This document shows, in pieces, positions 43,201 to 55,200 of a stretch of 64,000 bases of DNA (position 1 is the first letter of the stretch; each line of letters opens with the position of its first letter). The notes under the pieces are model-generated. The model made no database searches, was not told where the DNA came from, and saw only the letters and a program-made list of their open reading frames with translations. The translations under genes and the position numbers were made by a program. This stretch comes from Macrostomum lignano (taxonomy: Eukaryota): assembly GCA_002269645.1 (NCBI GenBank), contig NIVC01000616.1, positions 62,001 to 126,000 of the forward strand. The letters are read 5' to 3'.

Positions 43201-44764
43201 GCCGTCCTTTGACGCCCGACTACGTCTTAGTAGGGATACGCGCAACCTACTAGGCTACTTTGATATGTTGCGGCTAGTAGACAACCTGCTCGTCTACGAT
43301 GAAGACATAGCAGACCGTCCACCGCGCATTGTGCTGCCGAAGAGTCTAGATGACCAGGTGTTCAAAGAGCTCCATGATGCTCCCTTGAGTGGACACCTTG
43401 GCGAAACTAAGACCTATCTTCGGGTTAGACAAAGGTTTTGGAGGCCGTCTTTGAGCAAAGCGGTTAAGGCCTACGTGGCCCGATGTCGAGTTTGCCTGGA
43501 GAGCAAGACTCGCCGTCGCGAAGCCGTGCCTGTGCAGAGCTTCCCAGTCTGTGAAGTGATGGGGCGGCTACACTGCGACGTTGTCGGCCCAATCTCGCAG
43601 CCTTCGCGAGCTGGCCACCGCTATATTCTGACGCTATGCGATGCTACTTCAAAATACCCTTTTGCGTTCCCTATGCGGAACCAGAAGACCAAGACCGTAG
43701 TCAAGATTCTTCAGGAAAGATTGTTTCCGGAGTACGGTGTACCAGCGTGGCTGCACACCGACCAAGGAACGAATTTCACTGGAAAGGACTTTAAGAAGTT
43801 TTGTGAGCTGTACGGCATTAGGCACACGACTACAACGCCGTATAATCCTAGTTCGAATGGCCAGGTGGAAAATCTCAACAAGACAATCAAGAGTGTACTC
43901 ACGTGCTTGCTGGAGAAGAATCACCAAGATTGGGATACCTTCCTCCCAGCATGCATGATCGCTCTGCGATCTAGCGTTCACCCGGTTACAGGGTTTACGC
44001 CCTACTTCTTGGTCTTTGGAAGAGAATTCCGGATGCCCATTGATAATGAGCTTCGGGTCCCACCTGAATATCCGGACTTGCCAACGTACGTCCAAGACTT
44101 CCAGAAGAGACTAGAGGAAGCTAATCAGTTAGCCCAGGACCGTGTGAAGCTGCATCAAGAACTTCGCGATGAACATTATGAGAATCGCCCGAAGGCCAAG
44201 CAGCTCTCACCGGGTGACCTAGTCTTCTTGAACAATCCAGTCTTAGATCAGTCTTGGGAAGCGCAGAAATTTCACAGACCGCGCAAGGCTGTGTATGAAG
44301 TAGTAGAGCGCAAAGGAGAAGTTGTCTACAAGATCAGACCTCGCCTCCGGAATCCTAGGGCTCGTCGAGAGGAGTTGGTGGTGCACCGTCGCAATATGCT
44401 ACCGGTTCCGCAAGCTGACTATCCAGAGCCAGCTGGCCGGGCAGCTGAGCACCGTGCTGGGCCGCCGCGTAAGCCTCGCGTTGCCATAGAAACCACTGCC
44501 TCTCAGAATACCGGCGAAGTCGCCGATGACGTTGACGAGCTCGATGACGATAATGACGACTGGGCTCCGCGCTACTTTCTGCGTCCGGCCGCAGCACTAG
44601 CAGCGATCCCAGAAGTCGCCGAACCTGAAATGAATAAAAATGGGGTAGCTGTTCATGAGCAACCTGAAACACCTAGGGACATAGAACAGCCCGAAGCGGT
44701 GCCCCGGACCCTCAGCCTGTTGCTGAGCGCCCGCGGAGAGACCGCCGAGCCCCAGATAGACTAA
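40208..44764 (+). CDS. pol: Gypsy Pol (protease, RT, RNase H, integrase), intact, -1 frame to gag
   Basis: LLDSGS, YMDD, VLDCDAS, HDAPLSGH/CRVC, HCDVVG, TDQG, VENLN. Confidence 0.97.
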   Translation, partial: VQGSEAGKRPGGGCQPGPSPGPTPEVALKQSGESGDTVDSSFVNNVYNSGADPYVTALIFGQQVPLLLDSGSRLNLMGLSTWRLLSRSTAHACVVTPTYSDRILTYDGSELQLTGKVMLDVVFGDFSAEAEFYIVSGDQENLLGIDFMRKHCRTLEFQTGMLTLTTGTCVPVRYTRREPTSCRVYVAGKHQIPARSSGLISVQLARGKESNYGVPAVVEPLRSGLRAGLSQVRASAALVTMHEGKGYMEVVNPNNFPINIAKGALVGLATPLRTQDLEYYPELKATPVRKLHLDDNINSASDDWINEIEIGDSITEDQKSQVRELIRESRNAFSTHTLDHGLTHLVTHQIVMRDETPVRIPARRVPPHLQDQVNQLLDEMLEKGLIRPSYSSYSSPILVVPKKDKSVRIVHDYRELNEKCEYRPYPLPSIQETFACLRGSQWFSSLDLAQGFYQIPLREEDRFRTAFSVINRGQFEFNVLPMGLRDSPGAFQRCINMLLDGITKFALGYMDDIVIHSIAFEEHLEHLREMFRRLIEANLKLKPRKCHLFKTELHYLGHVVDRRGIRTNEDKVQQILDWPRPQTVKQLQSFLGLCNYYAKFVKNYAEIAAPLHQLTRKNLVGFKGLWTEQHSKAFDELKKKLCSTEVLAYPEYNTDPDTVFVLDCDASGFRIGACLGQRQSDGAERPVAYFSRKLREPETRYNNTKRELLAVVDSMRHFRYYLIGKRFEVRTDHRALLWLIRQTEAEGILGRWVERLSEFDFAVIHRKGSLHQNADSLSRKPDGPEFDDCRPGARTPNQTENEATVPSALGLVEDADQVTSSSSASQESRIAVAGSSCCPSVDRCPTPVIAAVSADSTCCSSVNRCSAGASEAVCQTDATCCPSVDRRSEWAAKVAGLAVDFAPVGRHTTAPTAIEAVRPRVSGDLTAGIRTDDAARPLSASITESANRSVSEDVPPRCRVLLSDFLSEPLKRDQLLLEQQKDPDIEFVRNLLATSSPKPSFDARLRLSRDTRNLLGYFDMLRLVDNLLVYDEDIADRPPRIVLPKSLDDQVFKELHDAPLSGHLGETKTYLRVRQRFWRPSLSKAVKAYVARCRVCLESKTRRREAVPVQSFPVCEVMGRLHCDVVGPISQPSRAGHRYILTLCDATSKYPFAFPMRNQKTKTVVKILQERLFPEYGVPAWLHTDQGTNFTGKDFKKFCELYGIRHTTTTPYNPSSNGQVENLNKTIKSVLTCLLEKNHQDWDTFLPACMIALRSSVHPVTGFTPYFLVFGREFRMPIDNELRVPPEYPDLPTYVQDFQKRLEEANQLAQDRVKLHQELRDEHYENRPKAKQLSPGDLVFLNNPVLDQSWEAQKFHRPRKAVYEVVERKGEVVYKIRPRLRNPRARREELVVHRRNMLPVPQADYPEPAGRAAEHRAGPPRKPRVAIETTASQNTGEVADDVDELDDDNDDWAPRYFLRPAAALAAIPEVAEPEMNKNGVAVHEQPETPRDIEQPEAVPRTLSLLLSARGETAEPQID
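40226..40306 (+). promoter_or_regulatory. -1 programmed ribosomal frameshift signal (G GGA AAC + stem/pseudoknot)
   Basis: Heptamer in gag phase; pol frame (-1) open from 40208; stem CGGGGGTTG/CAACCCCCG 7 nt downstream. Confidence 0.8.
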
Positions 44765-44766
44765 TA

Positions 44767-45600
44767 ATGAATCCTAGAGCTAAATCTTATGTTGCTAGGA
44801 TCAGGGATGCGCTCGCCTCTTCAATAAGGCGCTTCTTTCCGCATTCCAGCACCATCATGAGCGAGGACGAGATGCCTCTAGAGCAGCAGCTCTCTCTGTC
44901 AGCTTCGAACGACTCTTTCGAGCCGATCGAGTCATCATCACCGCGTCCCGATGAAGGGCGGGTGAAGACCCAGCCAACGCCAATACCGTCTGGCCCGCCG
45001 GTTACAGCGCCCATCGGCATTACCCGCCGTACATTATTGCGAGTCGACACGAACGTCCAGGCTGTGGCCGGGCCTCAAACAGAGCCAACCCCTAGGAAGA
45101 CGGCCCTGTTGGAGAAGCCCCCGGCCAGAGGCCGGGCAGCGGCAGGACCATCGAGGAGTCGCTCCCGGCAGCGCGCGGCCAACTGGCAGCCCGCTGGACG
45201 GCCGACGGCCTTGGAAAGGCTGGGAGGGCGAAGCCGCTCCCCTCCTAGCAAGGTGGCACCGGCCAGCAGTGGCGGGACGGCCTGTAGCAGCCAGTCGCAG
45301 CCGGCCAGGGAGCCTATCAAGCAGATGATCGCGGCCATTCTGCTGAAAGCCGCGTATACCGGAGAAGTAACGGCCTGGTCCACACCGCAAACCATTGCAC
45401 TAAAGGCTATGGCCGAGGATGAGCGGCGCGCCCTCATCAACGAAGCCTTCACGAGAACGCGCTCTTTGCTCATGCCATATCGGCATTACGCCGTGGCGTT
45501 GGAGGCCGCAGTACGCAGAGCAGCTCAAGATCTCGGCCGCATGCCGGCCCTATCAGCCGAGGCCCTCGCTCTGCTGAATACGGCGAGGCCGGCCCATTAA
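44767..45600 (+). CDS. Non-env accessory ORF3 (disordered P/R/S-rich N-part, helical C-part); may start at 44858
   Basis: Begins 2 nt after the pol stop; uninterrupted; no signal peptide or TM segment apparent. Confidence 0.55.
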   Translation: MNPRAKSYVARIRDALASSIRRFFPHSSTIMSEDEMPLEQQLSLSASNDSFEPIESSSPRPDEGRVKTQPTPIPSGPPVTAPIGITRRTLLRVDTNVQAVAGPQTEPTPRKTALLEKPPARGRAAAGPSRSRSRQRAANWQPAGRPTALERLGGRSRSPPSKVAPASSGGTACSSQSQPAREPIKQMIAAILLKAAYTGEVTAWSTPQTIALKAMAEDERRALINEAFTRTRSLLMPYRHYAVALEAAVRRAAQDLGRMPALSAEALALLNTARPAH

Positions 45601-45987
45601 TGGAGACGCTCGTCTACAGTAGCTCATTGTGGGGCATAAGGCCTCACAGGCGTATTGGCAAGAAACCGCCAAAACCCGCCCAGTAAGAAACCACTCAAAA
45701 AACCACCAAGGGAAGAGTTTCCAACTGAAAAAACCACTGAACACTTGGCGGTTTCTTTCAAAGATTCCAGCCATGTTGAAAATCGGAATCATACATGCCC
45801 AACACCTGTCTGACCTGTCCGAACCAGACAGGTGAAATGGCTACCGGCCAAGGTAAGTCGCAAAATAAAAAATGGGAAAATGAAAAAAAATTAAGGGAAG
45901 AAAAAAAGGAAAGGAAGAGAAAAGGAAAAGAAAGGAGGAAGAAGAGAGGAGAAAGAGGAGAGAAAAAGAGAAAGAGAAGAAAGAACA

Positions 45988-46450
45988 GAGGAACTAAGTC
46001 GCAATCAGGAGGAACTAAGTCGCAATTGGGAAGAAGTAAGTTGCAATCAGGAGGAACTAAGTTGCAATCGGGAAGAAGTAAGTCGCAAACATGAGGAACT
46101 AAGTCACAATCAAGAGGAACTAAGTTGCAATCGAGAAGAAGTAAGTCACAATTAGGAGGAACTAAGTCACAATCATGAGGAACTAAGTTGCAATCAGGAG
46201 GAACTAAGTCACAATTGGGAAGAAGTAAGTCACAATCAGGAGGAACTAAATCGCAATTGGGAAGAAGTAAGTTGCAATCAGGAGGAACTAAGTCGCAATT
46301 GGGAAGAAGTAAGTCGCAATCAGGAGGAACTAAGTTGCAATCGGGAGGAACTAAGTTGCAATTGGGAGGAACTAAGTCGCAATTGGGAAGAAGTAAGTCG
46401 CAATCAGGAGGAACTAAGTTGCAATCAAGAGGAACTAAGTCGCAATCAGG
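45988..46450. repeat. 21-bp minisatellite built on TAAGT(C/T)GCAAT
   Basis: GGAACTAAGTCGCAATCAGGA / GAAGTAAGTTGCAATTGGGAA variants. Confidence 0.92.
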
Positions 46451-47760
46451 ATCCGCACTTCAGTATTAGCATCAGCTGATGGGCAAGATTCTATAGCAAT
46501 AGATTCAGCATGAGCAGTGCGCCGTTGTACAAATTCTGTCTCAAGATGTCTAGTTTCTTCATTCATTTCAAAAACAGCTTCTCTTTCAGCTAACATTATT
46601 TGAGAAGAGCAATATGCGTGGGTTGTTGCATTTGCACCATGAATCTCAATTTCTGCATTCTGCACAGCTAGATCTCTATTAGAAGCAACAACCTCTGGAT
46701 TTTGCACTGCCATTAACAGCCCCTCTCTGTGTGAGCTTGCTGAACATTGGGATGGTGGTGCTTCTAGTTCCCTTGAATGTGCTGCAGCTGCACCATCACC
46801 TGATCCCTGGGCTGCACTTAAGATTACTAGTAAATTTTCTTCTAATATCTAATGCGCACCAGAACAATCATTTACTTCTCCAGGAGTTACATGACCAAGT
46901 TTCTATCGTGTAAAGAGCAATGGCTTTTGCTCTTCAGCTGCAGAAACGGGGCACCAGTTGATGGAATAGTCTTCATGGCCTTTTTCATCCCATTCACGTG
47001 CAGGACTCAGTATATAGTCAGGTGCTGGTCTATCTTTAAGTGAAGTATATAATGACTCAAAGAATGTACACCGGTTGTTCTATGTACCTCTTGCATAAAT
47101 GATCATGTCGTGAATTCTATGTTGAATTATAGCAGTCAAATCCTCATTGATTGGAATTCTATTGACAAACGCAGGTCGCCTATTAGATGGGTGCATCTTT
47201 GCTAGACGTAACTTTGCAATGCTATTTAGGTAGTCTGCCGCATCTTCATTTCTTGAATAGTCTTTCTGATACAGAAGCATAAGGGCCATAGGACTTTTGC
47301 CATTACCATTCTTCAGTACATTTAGGTCACTTGGAAGTTGTTTACTTGCTGATTTGAAAAATTCGAAAATTGAAGATTACGATGCTCTAGCTGGTGCTTC
47401 CTTAGATAGTAGTCCTTGACCAGTTTTACCTGTATACCCCATTGCAGAGTCAGTGAAGTACATGTCTACTGTACTTATTCTATCCTTTGATGCAATTACA
47501 AAAAAATCAGTTTTTTCCTTCATTGCAGTGCGATAGAAGTCTGCAGAAAAAGTAATGACTGGTTTTATGAACTGGCCATGATATTCCTAGACACCAATCA
47601 GCAGGTAGTCACGTAGCCTTTGTGATTCTGTTGCTGTCAATGTAGATTTTCTCGAACATACAAGCTTTAATTCAACAAATTCCAAAAACTCTTGAGAGCC
47701 AAGATGGGGTCCATCAGTATTCAGCTCATTTATAACAAAAGTACACAATCTGTCTAGATC
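46450..47760 (-). pseudogene. Decayed protein-coding segment of unknown family inside the hAT-type element
   Basis: Long protein-like frames (DLDRLCTFVINELNTDG...MALMLLYQKDYSR...) broken by scattered stops and shifts. Confidence 0.4.
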
Positions 47761-49881
47761 AGTCTAACAGTTTATTGAAGCACAGCAGAAACATAGGGCA
47801 AGTAGTGCAATTTTGCAAGAAAAGCTGTACCTCATTCTTACTTAGCTGGACCTAAAATGCAAGTGACAAGTCTTTCTTTAGCTACAAAGGTTTACCAACT
47901 TGATTGTTGAAATGTTTTATCCAATGAAATGAATAAAGGTTACAATTTGCAAGTAGCTTAGTGAAAGCAACACTTACAACTTCCACAAGTCAGAGTTACC
48001 AGTGCCTGTACTTTTTTACTAAAGATATTTTTTTTGCAGTTTGCCTTCAGCCTTATCTGGTTGCCTTAAACTGAAGCTTTCTGTTTGTTAACCAAAAATC
48101 CAGCCCACATGAGGCCTATATATATACAAGTGTGCATATACAAGTTAGTTTGCCAGACATACAGTATAATATGTAAAGTGTAGCCAACAGGGTATATTGG
48201 TACAAGCTATAGTGCAATTTACTGAAGTCTAAAATGCTGCATAAGTGAATGATAAATCAATCAGGAAAGATAGTCAGGGCAGGAGAAAGGAAAGAGAAAT
48301 GAGGTACTTTTATTTTTCAATAAGCATAGCCATAAGCAAGGCGTGCCACCCCCCCCCCTCGGTCTTTCAGCATGGTGGCGAATAGGTAAGTTGCAAATCT
48401 GGACAAAACTAAGTTGCACCAGACAGGTGAAATTTTGAGGTTGGTCATATATGATCAGAATTAATGAAGGAACCCATCAAAAACTTTGGCAGGTTCTCAC
48501 AAAGCTTTGGATGATTCCTGCAGAATCCACCATTTACTATATTTCAGGAAACTGCTAAGAGAATCAAATTGAATTTCATTTTTAGAGGCCATTCATTTGC
48601 TTGAAATGTTCTTAATGTTTTAAAAATTTAACAAGTATATAAATATAAAGCAACTATGATTATATACTGTTCATATTATACAGTAATTTTATCCTGCATT
48701 TGTATGGTGACATTGTTTGTAACATGTAAATATCACTTTCAAAAAGTAGGAATTTAACAAAATATATATCTGCTACAATTTAACAGTTGACTTCATTTTT
48801 CAGCTACTGTTCTGGTCAGTTCTTTGCTTTCTTATACTTAGCCCTTACCCTAGTCAGGCCCATCATAGCAATATCTCGCCTTTTAAAATACGAGACAATG
48901 CGAGTGCATGATGCACCTTAACCATAATGCTTCATAGTGTAAACCCTATGACTGAGCTGCTAGTATAGTATGTTGTAATTGGACAGTATGATCAGATACC
49001 TTGATTGTCGATGCAAATATTATTTTGGATGGCACCAAAATCAGGCTCCAAATCACAAGTGAAAACGCAGGAAAAGTGCGAGAAAAAATGCACAGTCAAA
49101 AGAGTCAGTACTAAAGAGAAGGAAAGAAGTACAAAAAAGGTAAGAAGTTGAAGGACCAACAGCAGTCTGCTAAAGATTATAATAATAATAGTAATTCTTC
49201 CGATGACGACGAAATCTTGCTGCTTGCACTCTGTTGTACATCTAATGCGGCAGCTATAATGCAGCAAAATGCTTCCACTACTGCCAACTGCGCCATAAGC
49301 ACTGCTGCTGCTGCGGCGACATCTAAATGATTGGCCGCTTCTGCTACTGCCGACTGCGCCACGAGCGGTTTGAATGTGGGCACTTCCAACATGGCTTTGG
49401 TTGAAGATCCTGTAGACGAAACGCAAAGGGCCTTTAGGGTCATTGAAAATGTGTAAACCTTGTTGGTGGGGTCTGCAATTTAAGACCTCACAGACTGGCA
49501 TGATATCCGAGGTGAATATCTGGTTCGTCTTCTACGGTGGTGAATGGCTATTAAAAGGAAGAATAGTCAAAGTTGTGACCTCTAAAAGTTCTCATGCTGC
49601 TCTGCATATCAGAGTACTGTTAAAGGTCCCATTCAACGACGAACACTCGGCATGCGACTCTGTGCAGCTCTGGGTAGCTGTCCATTACAATGAACATGAA
49701 GTAACTTCGTGTAACTCTTGGTGAGACCTACGAAAGAGTCTTTGCAAAACACAAGCAGTGATGTGTAGGTTTCGTAAGTAGCGACAAGTTTCTTATTACA
49801 ATTTGTGCCTTTATTGCAGTACTACTGAAATATTACTAAAAATAATTTTTCACTTCTTTTATCTAGGAAGCAAGCTGCTAA

Positions 49882-50589
49882 CAGGCTCCAAACAAAACTG
49901 AAGCACTGCGGTCAGCCAATCTTGCGCTCAAAAACTGGCTCGTTGCAACCAACAAGCAAATTAAAGATCTCGAGAAAAAGCATGAGCAGCTTCTTCTCCA
50001 AATTGTCCAAGCTGAAGGAGCAGCTAAAGTTCTTGCTGACGTCTCAGCAATGATCAGCACTGCAGTAGATGGCTCTGCGGCTGTTGATTCTAATGCAATT
50101 GCCAATGTTGGCAACCAAGGTGGCAATGCAGATTCTGAAGACGATACTGAGAGTGATCAGCAAAAGCAGCTTGTGTGCCTTTCAGACAAAAATCAGGCTT
50201 TACGAACGCAAAAAATAACAAAAATGGATTCCAAGCGAATCCGAAAGTTGCTAACAGCTTTTTGATCCGTAAAAGCTCTTGTAGTCTCCAACATCGACGT
50301 CGATGGCAAAAAGGAGAAAGACGAGCTTGTACAAAAAGCGGAATCTTGTCTTATCTGCTGCCTTCTGCAGTCTCTTTTTACGGAGGCCAACTTTCTAGCG
50401 ACAAATTTTTCAGGCCGAAAAGTTGGGCAACGAGTTCTGGACGCACCCTGCCCAGTTAAAATTGAGGCTGTAAAGGAATTTTTGGCTCATTCCAACATTG
50501 CTGTAGAGCATCAGACTCTGTGTCTAGCATTTAAGCAGTGCCGTGCCACAGCCAGAGAGCAAATGCAGCCACAAAAACAGGCAATTTGA
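49882..50589 (+). pseudogene. Coiled-coil + BEN-domain-like ORF with one internal TGA (50263-65)
   Basis: LLQSLFTEANFLATNFSGRK...LD...KIEAVKEFL...KQCRATARE resembles the BEN consensus. Confidence 0.45.
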
Positions 50590-51834
50590 CGGGCCAAAAC
50601 ATCTGAATGGAAGGACAAACAACGCGCTGTTCAGAAGTCTGCGCTGAGTTACGCATCACAGGCATCACAATTTGTACCTAGTTGGGCTGCCTGCAGTCAT
50701 AGCAATAGTAATGGTGATGTCAGTCATGTTGGTGTCATGCTGGCTTCTGACAGCAATGCCATACTGCATTTGGAGAGTGACGATGTGCAACTGCTGCTAG
50801 TTTGTAGTCTATGACTTGTGAACTCAGGGTCTCCCTAAAACAAGTACCGCACCACCCTATTATTACTACATGTATTATCATTATTATTCTTAGAATTTTA
50901 CATTTTGAAGTAATAGAAAACTATAAATTTATGAAACACTTAAAGCTCAACAGAAAACTTTTTTGCGATGTCTTAAGTTATAAACCAATTTGTGTTAATG
51001 TGTAGCACTGCTGGGCGAAGCGATACGTGTTTTAGGGAGACCCGTGAACCCATTACGAGAGCCATCCCAAAAGTTTGTGCAATCATGCCACAGTTTGGAC
51101 TGACATCACAACAAACAGTTGATTTTTTTCAGGATGTCAAAATAAAATCCAATGAATGCAATGGCACATTCTGAGTGCCCAGGAAACTTGTGAACACTGT
51201 TTACAAATACCCAAATCACCCAGGTTTTCTAGAAGTCAGATGATCTCATTGAAGAGCTTATTCAGGCATTGCTACTGGCGCCCCTAGGTCCTCTGTGAGA
51301 ATTTGGTAGATGCTGGATACAAAGAATTTCACTAAGTTCTGCTATTTCTTTAGACATCTATTGTGGATTGATTTCTAGCAGACCACAGATGAGCTGCATG
51401 TTGCTCTCTGTCTGCACATCTTGGGGTCTCCCAGATTTTGGCTCATCCAAGGTTGAAGTGCAGCTGCTCTTGAACTAGTCCTACCACTTGTACACTACTT
51501 GAAATGAATCAATTGCACGAACTTTTGGGACCCAGTCAAACAAGCCGCTTTTTGCTGTCCATAACAGCTTTAACCCTTTATTGACTATCAGGGGTACATC
51601 TAGGGGTTTTAGGATAGGGAGGCCTAGTTGGGGCCTAGTAAAAACTAAAGGGACAGCATCTCAATTTTTTACTCTTTGTTGAGTTGTTTTGTTTTGTAAT
51701 TGGAAGGTTTTTGAATAAAAAGCATGCAAAGTAAACTTTAAGCACAAATTCATTTGACTACATGTTGACTTTTCCTGGCAGATCTTTGTCAAAAAACTCC
51801 ATTGGTTATTCTATCAGAAGATTTTATATATAAA

Positions 51835-52250
51835 TCACTATGAGAGGAGAGAAGTGAGAGGAGAGGGAAGAGAGGAAAGAGATAGTAAATAAGGATGAGA
51901 GAAGCGGAAGGAGAGAATAGAGATGAGAGGAGGATGAGATGAAATAAGAGGAAAGAGTAGATAGGAGAAAGTAGAGAAGTGATAGAGGAGAGTAGAAATG
52001 GGAGAGTAGAGAGATTAGACAGGAGAGATTATAGAGTGGAGATAAGTGAGCAGAAAGAAGAGATAAAAGTGAAATAGAGATAGAGCTATTAAAGAGGAGA
52101 AAGGAAAGAAAAGAGAGCAGAGACAAGATATGTGAGAATAGACAAAACAGAGGAGATAGAAGAGAAATATGTGAGAGCAGAGAGGAGAGGTAATGGGAGA
52201 GAGAAGTGGAGTGAGGAGAGAGGATACAAGAAGAAGTAGAATCGAGAGGA
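51835..52250. repeat. GA-rich low-complexity tract
   Basis: Direct reading. Confidence 0.85.
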
Positions 52251-55200
52251 TGTATTGCATTATAGATGTAGTGTTGACTATATAGTGCATTTACGCACAA
52301 GATTTTTATACCATCTGCTACGAGCTATAATCACATGTTACGTTCCATTTTTTACAACTTTGGTTTGGTCCACTAAAAATATATTATACTATTTTAATAA
52401 TACAAAGTGCACTATATTTTTGGCTTTAGCCTTGAAAAAGATAAACTCATGTTTTTTACTATTTGCACTTATTTGGATCATATTAAAATGCTTCAGGCTA
52501 TCCTTAAATGTTGTACTCTTTGTAGTCAATGATTATTGAAGTAGTCAGTGTTTATTACAGATATAGTACACTTCTATGTTACTCGTATTTGAACAATAAA
52601 TTTCAACATTAACATGTATATGAAAAATAGTGGTAACACAATAATTGTGCTCTACATAGGATCTGCAGAATAATTAGATTTCAATCAGTAGCTTCTTTTG
52701 CAGTTTCTGAAACGAATTCCACCCAGGAAACAGCCTGGTTTTTAAGTACACTGTGTCTTAGTCACTGTCTTTAAGTATGGCCATAACATAGGGGCCTATA
52801 TATAAAATATTATAAATAGGAACAATATAACGGCAACAAATAGAGGTCCCTATTTGTGTATACCAAATCTGTAGCCAGATATTATATGTAGCCGGATAAT
52901 CTACTGTTTCTAGTATTTTATAGTATTTTGAATGAAAATTATAGCAATAATAAAAAAACCATTAGGATTAGATTGATTTGCTTACATTTTGTCCTCTTCT
53001 ACTGGGCAACCATATTCATCATACATTTTAAAGAGAGACAATTGTTGCTATTAGCTGTTAACTTATAAGTAAATTTTAAAGCAAACAATAAACTAATGAC
53101 TTTGGGAAAGATTTTTATAAGCAGGTAACAGGCTACTTAGACACGTTCATAAAACTCCAACGAAAAGTAGTCAGACGCCGCTCCTGTGGTTCGTGGAAGG
53201 CTGGATTTCTGTGGTGGTACAAATAAATTGTAACCTTAATGTAATTTATCAGCAAAAAAGTTTTTATTGCGTTTTTTAATTTTTGCTTTTTTATTTTTAT
53301 TATTCTAATATTTTAGGTTTTTTTTACTTTGTTACCTTTTAGAAATTTTAAATTTTAAAGCAACAAGTTTAACGTTTTATTTCGATCGACGATCGATTTC
53401 TTAAATTGTAAAGGTTAAGTTGCAATTTGCTGTTTTATACCTGTATACTTTATATAATAAATATAGTACACATATTTTTACTTTTGTGTGCTTTCTGATT
53501 AATATTATTGATGAATCTTAGTCTTGAAGACATTATAGGATCAAAGCAACGTGATATGTAAGTTTCTTTGGTTAAGCATAGGCCTGCCTTTGCTTTGCTA
53601 TGTTGTTATGTATGACCTCAGGCCTAGCGTGCATTCTAAGTTGTATTTTAGATGATTTTTCAGTGGCGCAACAAGAAATGTAAAGACCCAACTAAAGGAA
53701 CTAACTAAAGGCAGCTAAAGACCCAAACAAAAATGGAGGTGCTAGTTCTGTTTTTGGTTAAAATATCAGAGAGAGAGAGAGAGAGAGAGTAGGCCCAGGC
53801 CTAAAAACATTCCAAAATTTGTGTTAGGATTCTTATGGATATTATGCATATAGGACATGCCTTATAGACCTTGTTGAATATAATATATTCCCAATCAATA
53901 GGCAAAAATTCCATGGCATAATCTTTCCACACCCAGGAAGGTATACATTGTGGCAAAAAATTCTGGTGCACTTCAACAAAAAATCTATGCAAAGTTGAAA
54001 AAAACTTCCAAAAGGTATGAAAATTCATTAGTTTTTTACTTTTGTTTCAATTGGACTTTTATCAATTTTTTAATGGTACATATATGGCGAAATCCAAAAA
54101 TGTAGGATAAAATAGTAAAACAAATCTGCGGACATTTGATGGAAAGTAATGTCTCTAAAAAAGGTTTTTTAAAGATAGATAGGTCTTAAAAAATAGTTCT
54201 GGATAAAAACTATTGTTTTCATGCTTTATATCATTGAATAAATAAGAATAAACCACAAAAAAAGCATTTTAAAAGTCTAAGTTGACCGATTTGCAATTTT
54301 TTGTTTCACTTTTTCATTATTAAACAATTAATTTTAAGACTTATAGGTTTAGAGAAAGCTACTAAGTTTGCCAGCAAACATCTTTCTTTAAAAGTAAATA
54401 TATTGCTAATTCCTTATTTCAAAATAATCTTTAAGTTGTTTTCTTTCATTTAAATATCAACTTGTATAATATTAGTGTTTGTAATATGCCTGTATTTAGA
54501 CTTAAAAATTTTGGGTAAAAAATGGTACCACAAAATATGACCCTGGCATCCAAATCAAATGCTTATTATATGCTCATTAAGCGATGAAAAACAATGAAAT
54601 TACATTAAAACATGTATCACCACGGCGCGTATGCAGGAAAAAAAGAATTTTCCAAATAGCTTCGATAGAAGCTAAGTAAAATGCAATTTTCCAATCCTTA
54701 TGGGAGTTTGTATGTTTAAATAATAAACTTACATTGAATACAATTTATTGCAAACAAACTCTATAAAATACATATTGTCAAGAGTACCAAAAGTGATAAA
54801 CAAAAACCCTTAAAAATAATGTTAAATATGTTGTAGAATTATAGAGTGTAACATTTTAAGATAGTTAAAGTTAATAAAATACATTATTTTAGCTTTTCTA
54901 TCATTTTCATTAGAGTCATTTTAGGTTGTAATTAAACTTACCATTTTAACAAATCATTTTATTAAAAATAAAGCTATACATAAATATTTTGTGCTTTTAT
55001 AGACTTTTTTACCTTTTTAAAACTTTAATAAGTTTATTTTATAGCTTTATTGCTTTCAAATTGCCAAAAAATGAATTTTCATAAAACTTGCCCCCGATTT
55101 TTGGATTTGGCCATATGGTATTACCCCTATGGATTTATTTATTTGGCTGATAGAGTAACCAAGGCTGCATTTATTGGCCAAGGCATGCTAAAGCCCCTGG

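Larger units (their letters stand above)
38070..45650 (+). mobile_element. Ty3/Gypsy LTR retrotransposon 2 (3' LTR not found; boundaries approximate)
   Basis: Putative LTR, PBS, gag, pol, ORF3; no second copy of the LTR downstream in the window. Confidence 0.9.
45790..48453. mobile_element. hAT-type non-autonomous element, 2664 bp
   Basis: TIR CATACATGCCCAAC / GTTGGTCATATATG (12/14), 8-bp flanks ATCGGAAT / ATCAGAAT, subterminal TAAGT(C/T)GCA motifs shared with the MITE at 9333. Confidence 0.75.

Noticed and set aside
44767-45600. Calling Gypsy ORF3s env
   Set aside because: No signal peptide, furin site or transmembrane anchor in either ORF3.
53130-53225. Possible first coding exon of POLDIP3 (LDTFIKLQRK... 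/ GRAGF)
   Set aside because: No clean ATG-to-donor frame could be built.
54079-55117. Short inverted match CATAT..GGC.AAATCCAAAAAT about 1 kb apart
   Set aside because: Only ~20 bp in AT-rich DNA with no convincing TSD.
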